Origin: Phoronis australis
Taxonomy: Eukaryota; Animalia; Phoronida
Reading direction: 5' to 3'
Assembly (NCBI GenBank): GCA_002633005.1
Contig: NMRA01000575.1
Span: forward strand, 91,325-155,324
Length of the DNA: 64,000 bases
Shown piece after piece: positions 24,075-36,400 of the stretch (the stretch's first letter is position 1; each line of letters opens with the position of its first letter). Made by a program: the position numbers and the translations under genes. Below the pieces are notes generated by a model. It was not told the origin of the DNA. It searched no databases and saw nothing but the letters and a program-made list of their open reading frames with translations.

Positions 24075-24519
24075 TGTTGATGCACTATTTTATTTTGCAG
24101 TGCGTAAGGTTACGTCCTACTACGTGTGTCAATTGGTTAAGCTTCTTATATAACAGACTTTCCGGTACTATCTGGCCTTCTTGACATGAACCGCTATACT
24201 GGTAACGCGTACAACGCTAACGATGTTTTTATGGAGCCTAGAGCCTATATCATTGTAAGATTATACTATTTTTCCGCATATTACCGTAGAATTCACTGGC
24301 TGTTTCTCGTATTGGGTAAGACTGTTTAGCCCATGCTGTATTACGTGGAATATCTTTACTGTATTGTAACGTGAACGCTGTATTTCCCAAGACTTATTAT
24401 TCGTTATATTTGTTTCAGTGAAACCGGCCTTGTCGGACAGTAAGCATAACGTCAACCTTGTTCAGAATAAACGTATCATATCCGACTATCCCGTGTGTTC
24501 AATGCCCATGGCTCCTACA
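24075..24519 (+). repeat. 3' LTR (445 bp)
   Basis: Follows the PPT, has TG...CA ends, contains aataaa, and its 3' part is near-identical to the 5' LTR. Confidence 0.92.
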
Positions 24520-25469
24520 GTATTGTTAATCGATAAAACATCCACGTATGATGATGTCTCAACAAAGAAAATTTCTCATCAACTCAAAACAATGAGTTCC
24601 TCACCTCGATTTCAGAAACGGGCACGCGTGCTTTATTTTTGACAGCTCTCCCATCAGAGCACCAGAGTATCCCAAATTGCCCTGTTATGTGACGTTCGAC
24701 CCTTGATATAAACACAGATGTAAGAACAGAAATTTTAAGCCGTAGACAGTCCAACTTCTTTAGTGCATGCCATACATGTATATCCGCTTGCAATATTAAC
24801 CCATTTATGCCCAACTTTTTCTTTTGTTTCAAAAATTAAGTAAATGACAGATATGACAACTTTATGAAGATAAATAGGAGTTTTGGTGAGATTGTTTCAT
24901 TTTAATTAGTTTTACTAGCATTTTTAATTACGGGCCACAAATGACCCACTGGGATCAAATGGGTGCTCTGGTAACACAAATAAAAAAAACATTTTCACAT
25001 GTTTAACTCTCTTATTTATTGATCAAAACTGATGTTTTTTCACAATTTAAAGAATTTTTAGTCATCAAAGTGAAAAAAATGTCCATTAACAGTGTTCATG
25101 GTGATACATGCATGTGAAAGTACCTTTCACAGCTAAAAATTCATCACAATTTTGACCGTTTGTCCTCTAATAAGACTTGAAAAGAGACAAACAAAAAAGG
25201 ATTGTACTACAAACTATCAATGTGATGAAAATACACAATGTAACTAGTCACGCATCAACAATTGTCCACAACTGTCCACAGCTTATCGACGAATGTGAAA
25301 CTGTTCAAAGCAACGATCATGCAGCGTGATGTTACACTTAGAACAGAACCTTTTGGTTTTCAAACCACAAACAGCACATCTTCGACGGGTTTCACGAGTG
25401 TTTATAAAATGGTTCATGCCATCATATCGAATGTCGTCTACAATCTGACGAGGGAGTGGTGTGGCACGN

Positions 25470-25587
25470 CTAGAGCCTATATCATTTGAAACCGGCCTTG
25501 TCGGACAGTAAGCATAACGTCAACCTTGTTGAAAATAAACGTATCCTATCCGACTATCCCGTGTGTTCAATGCCCATGGCTCCTACA
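25470..25587 (+). repeat. Third, partial copy of the same LTR (internally deleted), starting at a single-N contig join
   Basis: ctagagcctatatcatt joined to tgaaaccggccttgtcggacag...ggctcctaca. Confidence 0.9.
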
Positions 25588-27347
25588 GTGTGTTCTGGCA
25601 ATTTGAGCTGGTACTGACGTATCAAATGACTATATCACAAAATTACGACACTAGACATGTACGTGCAATTTGTGACAATTTGAGTCTGCAGCGAAGTGTG
25701 AAAATTTGGGCCTTCACAACACCATACGAAAACATGCTCCACCCTCTCAGCAATCTATTCTCTTCAGAAAATGATTTTTACAATTGATTCCGTCCAGACT
25801 GTAATCATCAGAACATTTCTGACGACAACGCGAATACTGTGCCAATGGAAGTGACGGAGATATCTTTTCAATGCTGACGAATTTTGTTCATAAATTCAGT
25901 TCAAGTGAAGTAACACAAAATTTTCAAACACTGGCTTTTCCGTAAGTTAAATTGTCACATTTAGCCTGCGTACATTTTTTTGCAAAACACTGACAAGATG
26001 TTGACTGTACTCGTTCAGCGACAATTCTTCTGAGTGAGATGCATGCATTTCATAAACAATTTCAAACAGAAGCTCAGATCATAGTTGCCTTCTCAGAGCT
26101 TTGTACATATATGTGTTCACAAAATGCATGTTATGAATAACCTTGAATTTATTATAAGCGGTTACACATTTGTGCTTTAATGGTATTGTTGGTTTCTTTT
26201 ATTAGCAATTACATGTATCTATCGGTTAATCTTGATTCCAGGGTGCAGTCTAAAGATTTTAGCCACGTCGTCGTTATCGTGTGACTCTCAGTTCCGATAC
26301 AGTTCAGATGAGTAAGTTTTATGATAACACTCAAAGCGTATTAAGCTGATTTAAAATAATTGCTTAATACACTCCTACATGTAACTTGAGGATAACATTC
26401 GCACATCATTAATATATGGACATCTAGTGTAGGTTTTGGAAACACTCATCAGGGAAATGACAACCCCGGTAATAGCACGTGCATGCGCACACCTAAGTGC
26501 TTGTGAACCTGAATTTTCTGCGCATTGGGTAGGTCATTTATATTGGATGAATTAAGAATAACGACAGTACATTGCACAATGGGTAAACCCAAACTCATTT
26601 GCTAACACGTTTTTTACAAATTTAGAAACAGAAAGAAAAACTACAAAGGCACATTAACTCCAAAAATGTATAATTTTAAACTGCAATTGAGGATTGACAG
26701 CTAGTCCGTCTTTACGAATTAACAATCAGTAATTCCGGATTTGCAATTGGCACTACTGATTGGCAATTCATAATAGAATGTTCAGTTTTATTGATTTTTT
26801 TGGCACTAATGTGTTTTTCTACTTAGTACAACGCTTTACTGTTAATGAAATTGTTTTAAAAAATTTGCACGCAATTTTTTAAAAAAGTTATCAATTTCTA
26901 ATGCTCTGTTTTAAAGTATTGCATCTGTTGTCATTTCTGAAAAGGGATATTTTTGTTGATTTTTAGCACGGACTTTGTCTGTCCCAAGGAAAACTGTCCC
27001 AGTGACAAGACCGTGTATGGAACGTATTATTACACAAGCGTAAGTGGTTGTTACCAAACTTGATCAAATACATCACGCCCCGCTAATGATATTCTGCAAG
27101 AGGGCCAGAAGCTGCTTGCCTCTGTTGTGGAACGAATGAGCAACTGGTGTAATCAATTTCCACGTTATTTCGATATCTTTGTATTATGTCTGGAAGCGGT
27201 TTATACTTGTTATTGTTGCAAATATAAAAAACAATTTGAAAGCTCGTAGTGCATGCTGGAAAAGAGAATAACCAGTTAGCTTCAGTCATTTGATTGTAAA
27301 CCATGGTTTTATTCGTTTCACGTGAAAACTCTGTTTCTGTTCAACAG

Positions 27348-27496
27348 GATTCTAGAGTGTGCCGGGCAGCATGGCACGACGGACGTATCATACCTTGGAG
27401 TGACAATGACGCGGACAGGACGGTCAGATGGACAAACTGCGCTGAGCGTTCTGAGTATTTCATGTCATTGCGTTGTGGGGCTGGATGGACTTACGG
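27348..27496 (+). CDS. Candidate first coding exon (ATG 27406: [30 protein letters not shown]), possible weak signal peptide
   Basis: Good acceptor (tctgttcaacag) and donor (G|gtaagt). Ends phase 1 in this frame, compatible with exon 37803. Hydrophobic core is short. Confidence 0.4.
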
Positions 27497-30400
27497 GTAA
27501 GTTAATCTAATGAATGTTTTTAAGATCACGTTTCACACAACATATCAATTGTTTTTTAAAACTATTTTTAAGTTAAAGCTTTTCTGTTGTAAAGGTTAAA
27601 GTTTTGGTGTGAAACGTCCAATGAAGATTCCAGTACTCCACAATTGCGACACTAATTTTAGAGGGTAAAGGTTTTTTTCCATTTACAATAACATATTACT
27701 TCAAAAAAATGTCAAGTGCTGAAGCTCATGCCACAGGATCGGCGCACTAAACAGGTACATATACAATTATACACAACGCAATGCAACGCAATAACGTACA
27801 AACTGTGCAGAAAAAAGCAAAAAACCATTTGATAGTTATTTTTAAGCTATATGCATTTTAAAAGAACTAACTGAATTTCTGTTCTGGCATCTGGTCAATT
27901 CTCTGGTTCCCTTCTTAATTCAAAAACATTTTCAATCGTCCCATTTGTTTGTATCATTACATTTCTGTGTGTTTAAAGAATCACCGACTTCTACATCAAA
28001 CACACTCTCAAAAACCTTTTAGACATATTAAATTAGGTTTAACGTTATCAAATTTGGTTTTAAAATTGAAAACTTGAACCAGTTCAAAGTTCTATTTTGT
28101 TCATTTTGAAGACCAAATACTGATGTACAGTGTAATGGCGGTTTTGTTTATTTCAAAATTTACTTGCATTGCAGTCATTAAACAGAAACGTACCCCTTGA
28201 CAAAAAAGTTAACATATTGGCATTCAAAGACTGAATTTTGTAAAGTCTCGGGAAAGCATTTACAAAAACTACAAGAGTTTGAGTCCACATATCTAATCTT
28301 ACTTAAATAATTAGATAACATAATTCTATGCAGGAAGCGGAACTGAAAGAAAAGTAATTTTATATCAATCATACATTCATGTAGAAGTTTGTAATAGAAG
28401 TTCCACATCTTCTGTGATAGCGGCCATATTGGAGGACAGCGGGATGAGTTACGAGTTTAAAACTTTGTTTAAATTGTTTTCGCCAACAAATTAAGGTGAA
28501 ATTTAGTTAGACATATCTTTACTTAATATTCTGCACGATTTAGCAGATTTCAGCCTCGCAGTTGTTACTCATGAAGTTACAAATGTGCTCACAATTCCCG
28601 TTGGACTTCGTCTCGTATTTGGCGGCACCTACAATGTCGACTTTTGCTGAACTGAAAGGCATGTTCAATCGGCTACTTTGTAATTTGTGAAGATTTAACG
28701 TTGATAAATTTTGACAAACTTTGCTACAAAAAAGAAACTTTGTTCAATGTTCGTGTTTTTTGTGTTTGTGGCCAGCGACCAGTTAGGCCTAAGGGTAGTC
28801 TTGGCGCAAAGCTGTATAGGCCTACTAACAAGCTGTATTTTGACTATAGTCTTCACTGGTAGCTGGTGACTGAGGCTAACTAAGGTCTGCCGCGGCAGTG
28901 TGACACAGGACTAACCAGCCCGTAATTTCATGCAAGTGTCTGAAACTACCCTTGAATATATGCAGCATTTATCATTTGACCATTTTACTTCGACAAAACA
29001 GCTTGCAACCGCATGCATTTACCGTTCGCCAGTGTCTGGTCTCGATCNNNNNNNNNNNNNNNNNNNNNNNNNNNNNNNNNNNNNNNNNNNNNNNNNNNNN
29101 NNNNNNNNNNNNNNNNNNNNNNNNNNNNNNNNNNNNNNNNNNNNNNNNNNNNNNNNNNNNNNNNNNNNNNNNNNNNNNNNNNNNNNNNNNNNNNGTGAAT
29201 CGATCTTTCATTTTTCTCCCTCAAAAATGTACCCGATAAAGATGGCATTTGTAAACATTTGCTTTACGTGCCACAGAAAAGCAACCTATTTTATATCAAT
29301 TTAGATCGAATCGTTCCACTCGATAACAGCAAGACAAAGTTCGTTTACCTGACACCAGACGGCAGACTGAGGTGTTGAACATAACGTAAAATTGCCGTGA
29401 GGACTTGACAGGGACCTCAGGGGTTTCACACTCCACTGATTTATCCACATTATTTTGAAAACGCTTTGCCCAGTCGCACATTGTGTGTCATAAAAGAGAT
29501 AAGCATACCAGCAGCTGACGCAGCAAGTAGAACTACTCTCGTTTATCACATTGGTGTAGACTCACAGTTGATCTATGGTTTTCTGTAGACCCCAGACCGT
29601 CCCGAGTTGCACCACATACCAACTCGGGACGGTCTCTCACGACGATTAAGCGTTATGTGAAACTAACCAATGACGCCAGAGGTTCGAACGCTCAGCGCTT
29701 ACTGGTGTCGGCTTATCGCTTCAATTCATCGTTTTACGCTAATAAATCATCAAAATTTGCTGTAAAACCCTCACAAATACATCGAGTTATTGAACAAACG
29801 TGTAGTTTTATTTCGCTGTAACGGATTATAGGTATTTGAACGTACCGTAGAGTACAAAGGTCGGTAGCTGGCCAATATACCAAGGGCGGTCGCAGGAATT
29901 TGAAATCTATTAGGTGATAAATTCGCATTGGTTGTTCCAGAAATACAGACAGGATAACATAAATGTGCGTTGTAATTTTAGGCTTGCGATATCTTTGGGT
30001 TCTGAACACAAAACGTTTGTTATTCCGGCCAGTGGCTCGGAACCCGATCAGGCCTGTTGCGCCCGGACTGATGACATCACGAACATGAACCAGCTTAAGA
30101 TTTAAACGAAACTTCCAGTCACCAAAAGACTATACTAGTGGGACAAAAAATGTACACGTGGTTGTTTTGGTGAATTAGCCGCGAAACTGCAAATCTACTT
30201 ACTAGCTCGTCGGGAGCCTTGGAGTCAGGTTAGCCTTCCACAGAACCGTCAGGGCAAAAGCTGTACGGTACCAATGATTCGAATAACTAAATAAAGATTC
30301 CGCAAGCATCTGAGCATTGGACATAAAATCGAGTTGTTGTTTCATAACAGCCTTCTGTCAGCAAACGCTGAATTAGCATTCGCTCACAAGGCCTCGGTGT

Positions 30401-33400
30401 CCGGTCAGTTAGTTTATTGCATGTAAATCCCGTAACGTATTGATTCGTTGATTGCTGGCTTCTCGAACCATTTGCACTCACGAACACTCCAAGACATTAC
30501 AAATTGTATCTAATAAGAAAGAATTTGTTCATAGAAGCATTAGTTAGGGTAAGAATAATTCATTTTGAAACAGAACGCACAATAATAAACATTAAGGCGG
30601 CAACTCGCAATCGACTTCTAAGGCGAGTGCTCATCCGACTAAGACTCCACATTCCGATCGTTAGGTTTCGCAGGCTATCAGTTCGAACCGGAACACTCTT
30701 ATCAAGAAATACTAGAGAGGTGCCGTCAACGTGCACACGGGACATATGGATAGTTCCGAAAACCGTTTGAATGACTTGTCATGGTGTCAGAACTCTAAGT
30801 GCACGATAATGGAAACGACTGACGCTTGCGCTTGCTGCCACTGACGAAATTCTGGAAGTGAAACGCCTTCTTGGAGAAGCGCAGATGTGTCTTACGGACC
30901 ACCCTGGTTTTGCACCGCATCTGTATTTCCTCTTGCAAGCAAACTTATAACCGTGTATTGTGCCGTGGGGAAAAAGCTGGAAAATAAACAAAGGCCAGTA
31001 ACAATTCTTCCAAATTCCTCTAAAATGATATACATTACACAAAATCAGATATATGATAAGTATAAGTCAACTGAGTCTAGGGAAAGAGCTGACGAAAAGT
31101 AGCCATGACACACTCAAGCGGGACAACAGTAGTCCGTAACATAAAGTAAAATCGCTAAAAACTGTACGAAAGCTATGCTAGGGTGTACAATGGGTAAGAA
31201 ATTTTTACAACTTAGGCCAACAGTATGATTAGCCGCAGCTTGACATGAAACAGACTGTCAGACGAAAATTAAGAATGAGCAAACCACATGCGCGGCTCAA
31301 AGTGCAGGTGCACCGTCACAGTTTCTGAACAGAGGTCTGCTGATGGCATTTTAGGGCCGGGAAAAAGAACTGGCGAAAACATTCTACAGCTAGGACCAAA
31401 CAGAAGCCTGACGAACGAGTCAGTCATCAAACAGGTTATATAAAAGTTTGTGTTCTCATGCCTTGAATTGATTGTAATTGTTAATGTTTTCATGGCCAAC
31501 TACAATTCTCCATAATCAAAAACTGATTAACAATCGATCTGCGTTTGCCTCTTGCCAACACACTAGCCACAACATCTGACTTTAACATCATTTGTTACCT
31601 AAGCATGAGTTGTTTAGTATGCAGGCGTTCGACAAAATGCCGGCCATAGACACGGAGACGTTTCAGTGCTTTATTCTTGGTATTGACCGCGTACTTTTCA
31701 TTGTTCACTACCGCCAGCCACTCCCGAAGCTTTATGGGCTCTCGAGAAAATCGAATAAACGATATACCCGCTTTTCTTGCAGCTTCATAGTTCGCACAAG
31801 CAGGAACGATACACTTTACCATAGCGGCACTCACACTGCAAAAGAACCAATGACGTCGCTGCGTCGTTTCTCACCTTCCTTACAGGTTAACGAGACACCT
31901 CTCGGCGAGGTAGGATCGACCGTATACGAAGTGATGTGGATATAGACCGATTAAGTCGGTAAAGAAGATAAATTAAAACTGGTGGCATTCTCCTATAATT
32001 GTTCAGCTACGCCTGATAGCGGAGATCAGGAACGTAAAAACTTAAAAAAATTCAACTTAATCAGATTGTGACGAACTCACTTCTTGAGATGCTAACGTGG
32101 AAGTTAATCACTTTGAGTATAGCAAGAATTATTCTGTAGAAAAAATTGTCATATTCACTATTTTTGAAAAACATGCGAACTATATGTAAGACTATTTCAT
32201 ACCAATGCAGTTTTCAAATTCTCTGTTCTTATAAGCTATATGCGCACATGCACTAAAAAAATTGCCAGTTAACAATTCCCAAGTGCATAATCGCCGTTGT
32301 TTAGTTTACATCAAAGGAAAAGATCACATTTAGGATATAAGCGAAACGCGTTACGTCAATGTCTGGCCATACCAAATAGTTACACGTGTTTTGCCTTGTG
32401 GAGAGTTGAGAAATATCGACGAAATGGCGACCTTTTGGCGGATCTAGGTTTTTGAAATATGAAACTACATGCAAAAGAAAAATGCACAAATTCAAAATCT
32501 TAATGGAAATACGGTAAAACACGTATCTTGCTACTTTAAGGGTGGGTCTGCACACCTGGAAAATGTTTTAAACTCTGAGCCCTGCCTTTAGCCGTCTGTG
32601 CATGCGCGCGCTTGTGTCTGGTGACAACTACCGCTGCAGCATCAAGTATACTATACATCGCTTTTAAACAAAAATTCGGTTTTCGTCGTGTGATTAGGAA
32701 AGCGAGCCCTTTTTGACAGAACATTAATTTTTTTATTGCTAGAACATTCCCTTGACATATCTTGCATTATTGTGACGATTTGAGTCTGTGCTATACTACA
32801 TGCTCAAATTACCACGCGAAAAATTGTTGTGAAAATGTGTACTATTGGTGACCGATAACGACTGCTGCTTTGATCGACGTTGTCACAATTTTGAACTTGC
32901 GACAACTTGGGACATTGTGACAATTTGAGCCTGCACACAGCACATCCATTCGTAGATTGGTAGCTGAAACTGAATGCATTTGCAGTTCCGTGATTTTCAG
33001 AATTAGCTTCATCTACTTAAATTGCCAGGTTCTCGAAATCAGCAGCTACGAAAATGACGGTACATGTAAAATAGGAACCACCAGCTCTGAGCACACTGAG
33101 CTTCCCAACGGATGATAGACAGAATGATTCCTGATGAAGTGACGCTCCTGAAATAATTCTACAGTAGCGACACAACTTGACAAGAGTGTCGCAAGATAGC
33201 TCATCACATCATCATTAGTCCTCCACACCTGTTTACTTAGTGAGGAACAATTTGTAAAAGTTCTGGCTCATGCGACAAGCCATAACATTTTGAAGAACTT
33301 GTATTTCCAGATCAATTAGTTAAGTGAAACTGTCTTATCCATTTGTCCTGGTAACTTAGTATTGGTAAAATTTTTGATTGTGTTTACAAACACATAGAAA

Positions 33401-36400
33401 GCTTCACATGAGAATAAATTTAAGTTCTGGTTGGTTTTTTTGTTAAACTTGACAACTAAAACTGGCACCACATGACCAACAACGTGTATCTTTGACAACA
33501 GGACCTAGGGCAAACCCTGTGGAGAGATTATCTTGTCAACAAAAGACAAACCGGACGTTGAAAAGCTGTCAGCAAAGAGGAGAGAGACACGTCAATTGAG
33601 GTGCGACAGTGTTATTCTAAGTACACTGGATTTGTGCTTGTCTCTGTTAAGGTTGATGCTTTGAAACGGCGTAGTGGCAGTGTAAGTTAAAATTGATGGG
33701 TCACATTTCAATTCTCTTTGCTTAGAAATACATGTAAGCTTCCTCAACTCAACTACATCGTCTCATTTATCTCCAACTGACAGTTTTTCAAACCTCCTTT
33801 GTTACTTTTGGACAGGATAATCTCGCCACAGGGTTTGCTATTTGATCCCAGATGCCGAAGGGAGCACCAAAAAATAATTTGGTCGTGTTAAGAGTCATAG
33901 TGGTCAGGTTAAAAAAATACCAACCCTCCATCAACTGACAGTACTAACAGGTGAATTATCATCCGTAAATTGAGCCCAGCCAAAACTTTCGACAGGCTTG
34001 CAGAAAATGATAAGTTACATTGACATTAGCCTACAACATACATCGATTCAGACTTACAGTACAAGTACGTCACAATGGTACACCTGGTTGCATTAGTTAT
34101 AATTCCTCGTCACCCAGCAAACAGAAGAAAACCACGGTTACTTGTGGACAACTTCCGTAGTATTTGACTATTGGTTCCAGTTTTACAAGCTTTTTGGGCG
34201 ATACTGGTTACTTCCTTTGACAACTCAGTGGCGGATCTACGTTTTCAGTAANCGATTTCGTCACATGAACTTGGCTCATAAGTTTCGTGAAACCATATTT
34301 GTGCACATCTGGGTATGAGTCACACCACTAGCAAAAAATTTTTGTTGGAACATCTGCTTACACACACCTTTTCAGCATAAGAAAAAGTGTGGTGTGTATA
34401 CAGGGGTTTAGACAATTAACAAACATTGAAGAGCATAAGGAGCACCCACGGGGCGTAAAAACTTGAATATCAGATGATCGCAACAGCCTCAAGCTGTTTA
34501 AGAATGAAGACCTGTACTGTTAGTCCGGAAATAAACATGTGTTCTGTCTCGTTACGAGAAAAACTGGCAAACGATGGTGCTCTCAGCTCATAGTCTATTA
34601 CTAAAAGCAACAATAAACAATTAAGTATGACTTTATTAAGCTGAATCACGTGGACAACAATTGAAAAACGTCAAATGTATCAGGAAACAAATCACCTGAA
34701 AACAGTTTCACGAAACCAAAACACTGTGTAAGCCTACACCGTGGTGAAAAGATATACAGGAGCATTTCGTAGAGGGACCAGATGTACACTGAGAGTACAT
34801 AAAAACTCTGGCCTGGTCCGTCACGAGACCAAAAGTACACCTGTGCTTATTATCCCTATAAAAATAGTCGATCTGTCGCGGGCCCAAACAGTACTGGCTG
34901 AGATAAATAGTTTTACAAAGCACAATTTTGGTAAAAACATCACAAGACTAGTTCGCCGAGGGACCAGAAGTACACTGAAACTCGATACTTTCACAAATCA
35001 AGCTGGCCTGGTCCGTCGTGAGACCTAAAGCGTACTTTGAAAAAAAATTGAATTGAAACTTCTCTCTAGACACGTTTTAATCCCCAGTGGTTGCTCATAC
35101 GTGTAGTTTACACATCTGGTGTTCAAATGCTGCGAGAGGTTGTCAAGGAAGGGTTTTCGCACCGTTCTGTAGTACTCACTAGAAGAAACAAGTATTGGGT
35201 ACAGGTTTAACTACGCAATACGTGAAATACATGTAAGATTTTGGATATGAAGCAGATAGACTCATTTGGAAATACAAACCAGAATCAGTTTCTGTGCGCT
35301 CGTAGACCCTCTGGTGTGCTGGGTAAATTTGGCATGTCTAAAAATAATTTCTATTTCGTTTTCATTGTACACAAGCATGAAAAACTGACATTATTACAAA
35401 CTGCGAATAATTATAACTTATTACCTGGGTGTTTCTCCAGGAACGTTGGTCCTATCTTCCTGCTGTCTAGACTGCCGAGGAATCTGTATAGCGGATCCAA
35501 TGTTTTTTTGCTTGTCTTAGAACCATTCTACCCAGACATCTTCGACGTTTGTTCCCAACGCTTGCACTTCGTCAACTGTTGTGTCAATGAGCTTGTCCAC
35601 CTCTACAATGCAGCATCTCGTTTCGTAGCTCAGTTAGCACTAAGCCACCTGAGGTTACCAAGTCCATTCAAAACGGGCTTACAGCATGCGCAACTAAATT
35701 TGTTCCGTTCATCATGGACTACTTCAAACCTTGACGATGTATCCCAGGACCCATTTGCATCTCTTGCAGTTTTCAAAATAAACGTCCCAATGTGTGAACG
35801 CTTGAAACCCGAAGTACTAACATCAAATAAATGACCATGGGTATGGGCGTTTCGTCGGGTGGGCCTTTCTGCGGAAATTCCCAGTATAGAAAACCTCAGT
35901 GGAGCTTATTGCAGGTAGAAAGACGGTAGGTGTTCAGGTCGGCACTAGGGCTCCTTAGAAGGCCCATTGAACATCGCACGAGTCCCGCAAGACTTTGTTG
36001 TGAAAATACAGCCTCCCCGCAATTTCTGGTACTGTACACTGTTCGCGAATGCTGTCACTTTGTTAATGTGAGTGCCCCTTGGTCATTCCTTGTATAGTCA
36101 TAACTCGTTAGAGAGCCATGATCTTCAAACAGACTCGCGACCAGACAACGGCGCCACAATAGCAATTCTTCGGAAAACGAGTTTTATTTTTCAAAAGTAT
36201 TACATGTACATGTACACTGTATGATATTGCGCAAGACAATTTTACAATACACCAGTCAAATTCGAGTTACAAACGTGTGGGGTGTAATAGGGTGACACGG
36301 CATGACAGATGAGGTAAAAACGTTGCCCGTCAATTCGCCTGAATATCAGGGTTGCGGCACCACAGTATTTCCCTAATCAAATCAAAACATATCTTAGAGT

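Larger units (their letters stand above)
17907..24519 (+). mobile_element. BEL/Pao LTR retrotransposon, near full length, frameshifted
   Basis: TG...CA LTRs at both ends and polypurine tract aagggggag before the 3' LTR. Gag with CCHC knuckles, protease, RT, RNase H and integrase in BEL/Pao order with family motifs (YIPHHGV..PDKVRVVFD, DVEAMFHQV, YVDDCL, YDPLGF, FADAS, PRLEL, NPADVASRG, FW.RW..EYL..LQ.R.KW, RPITKL). Confidence 0.97.

Noticed and set aside
27303-27500. Alternative frame [17 protein letters not shown]... as a folded domain exon
   Set aside because: Would end in phase 2, incompatible with the phase-1 start of the next exon, and there is no convincing motif.
35241-35834. 197-aa plus-strand ORF
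   Set aside because: Antisense shadow of the minus-strand hAT transposase relic, with no recognisable motif.
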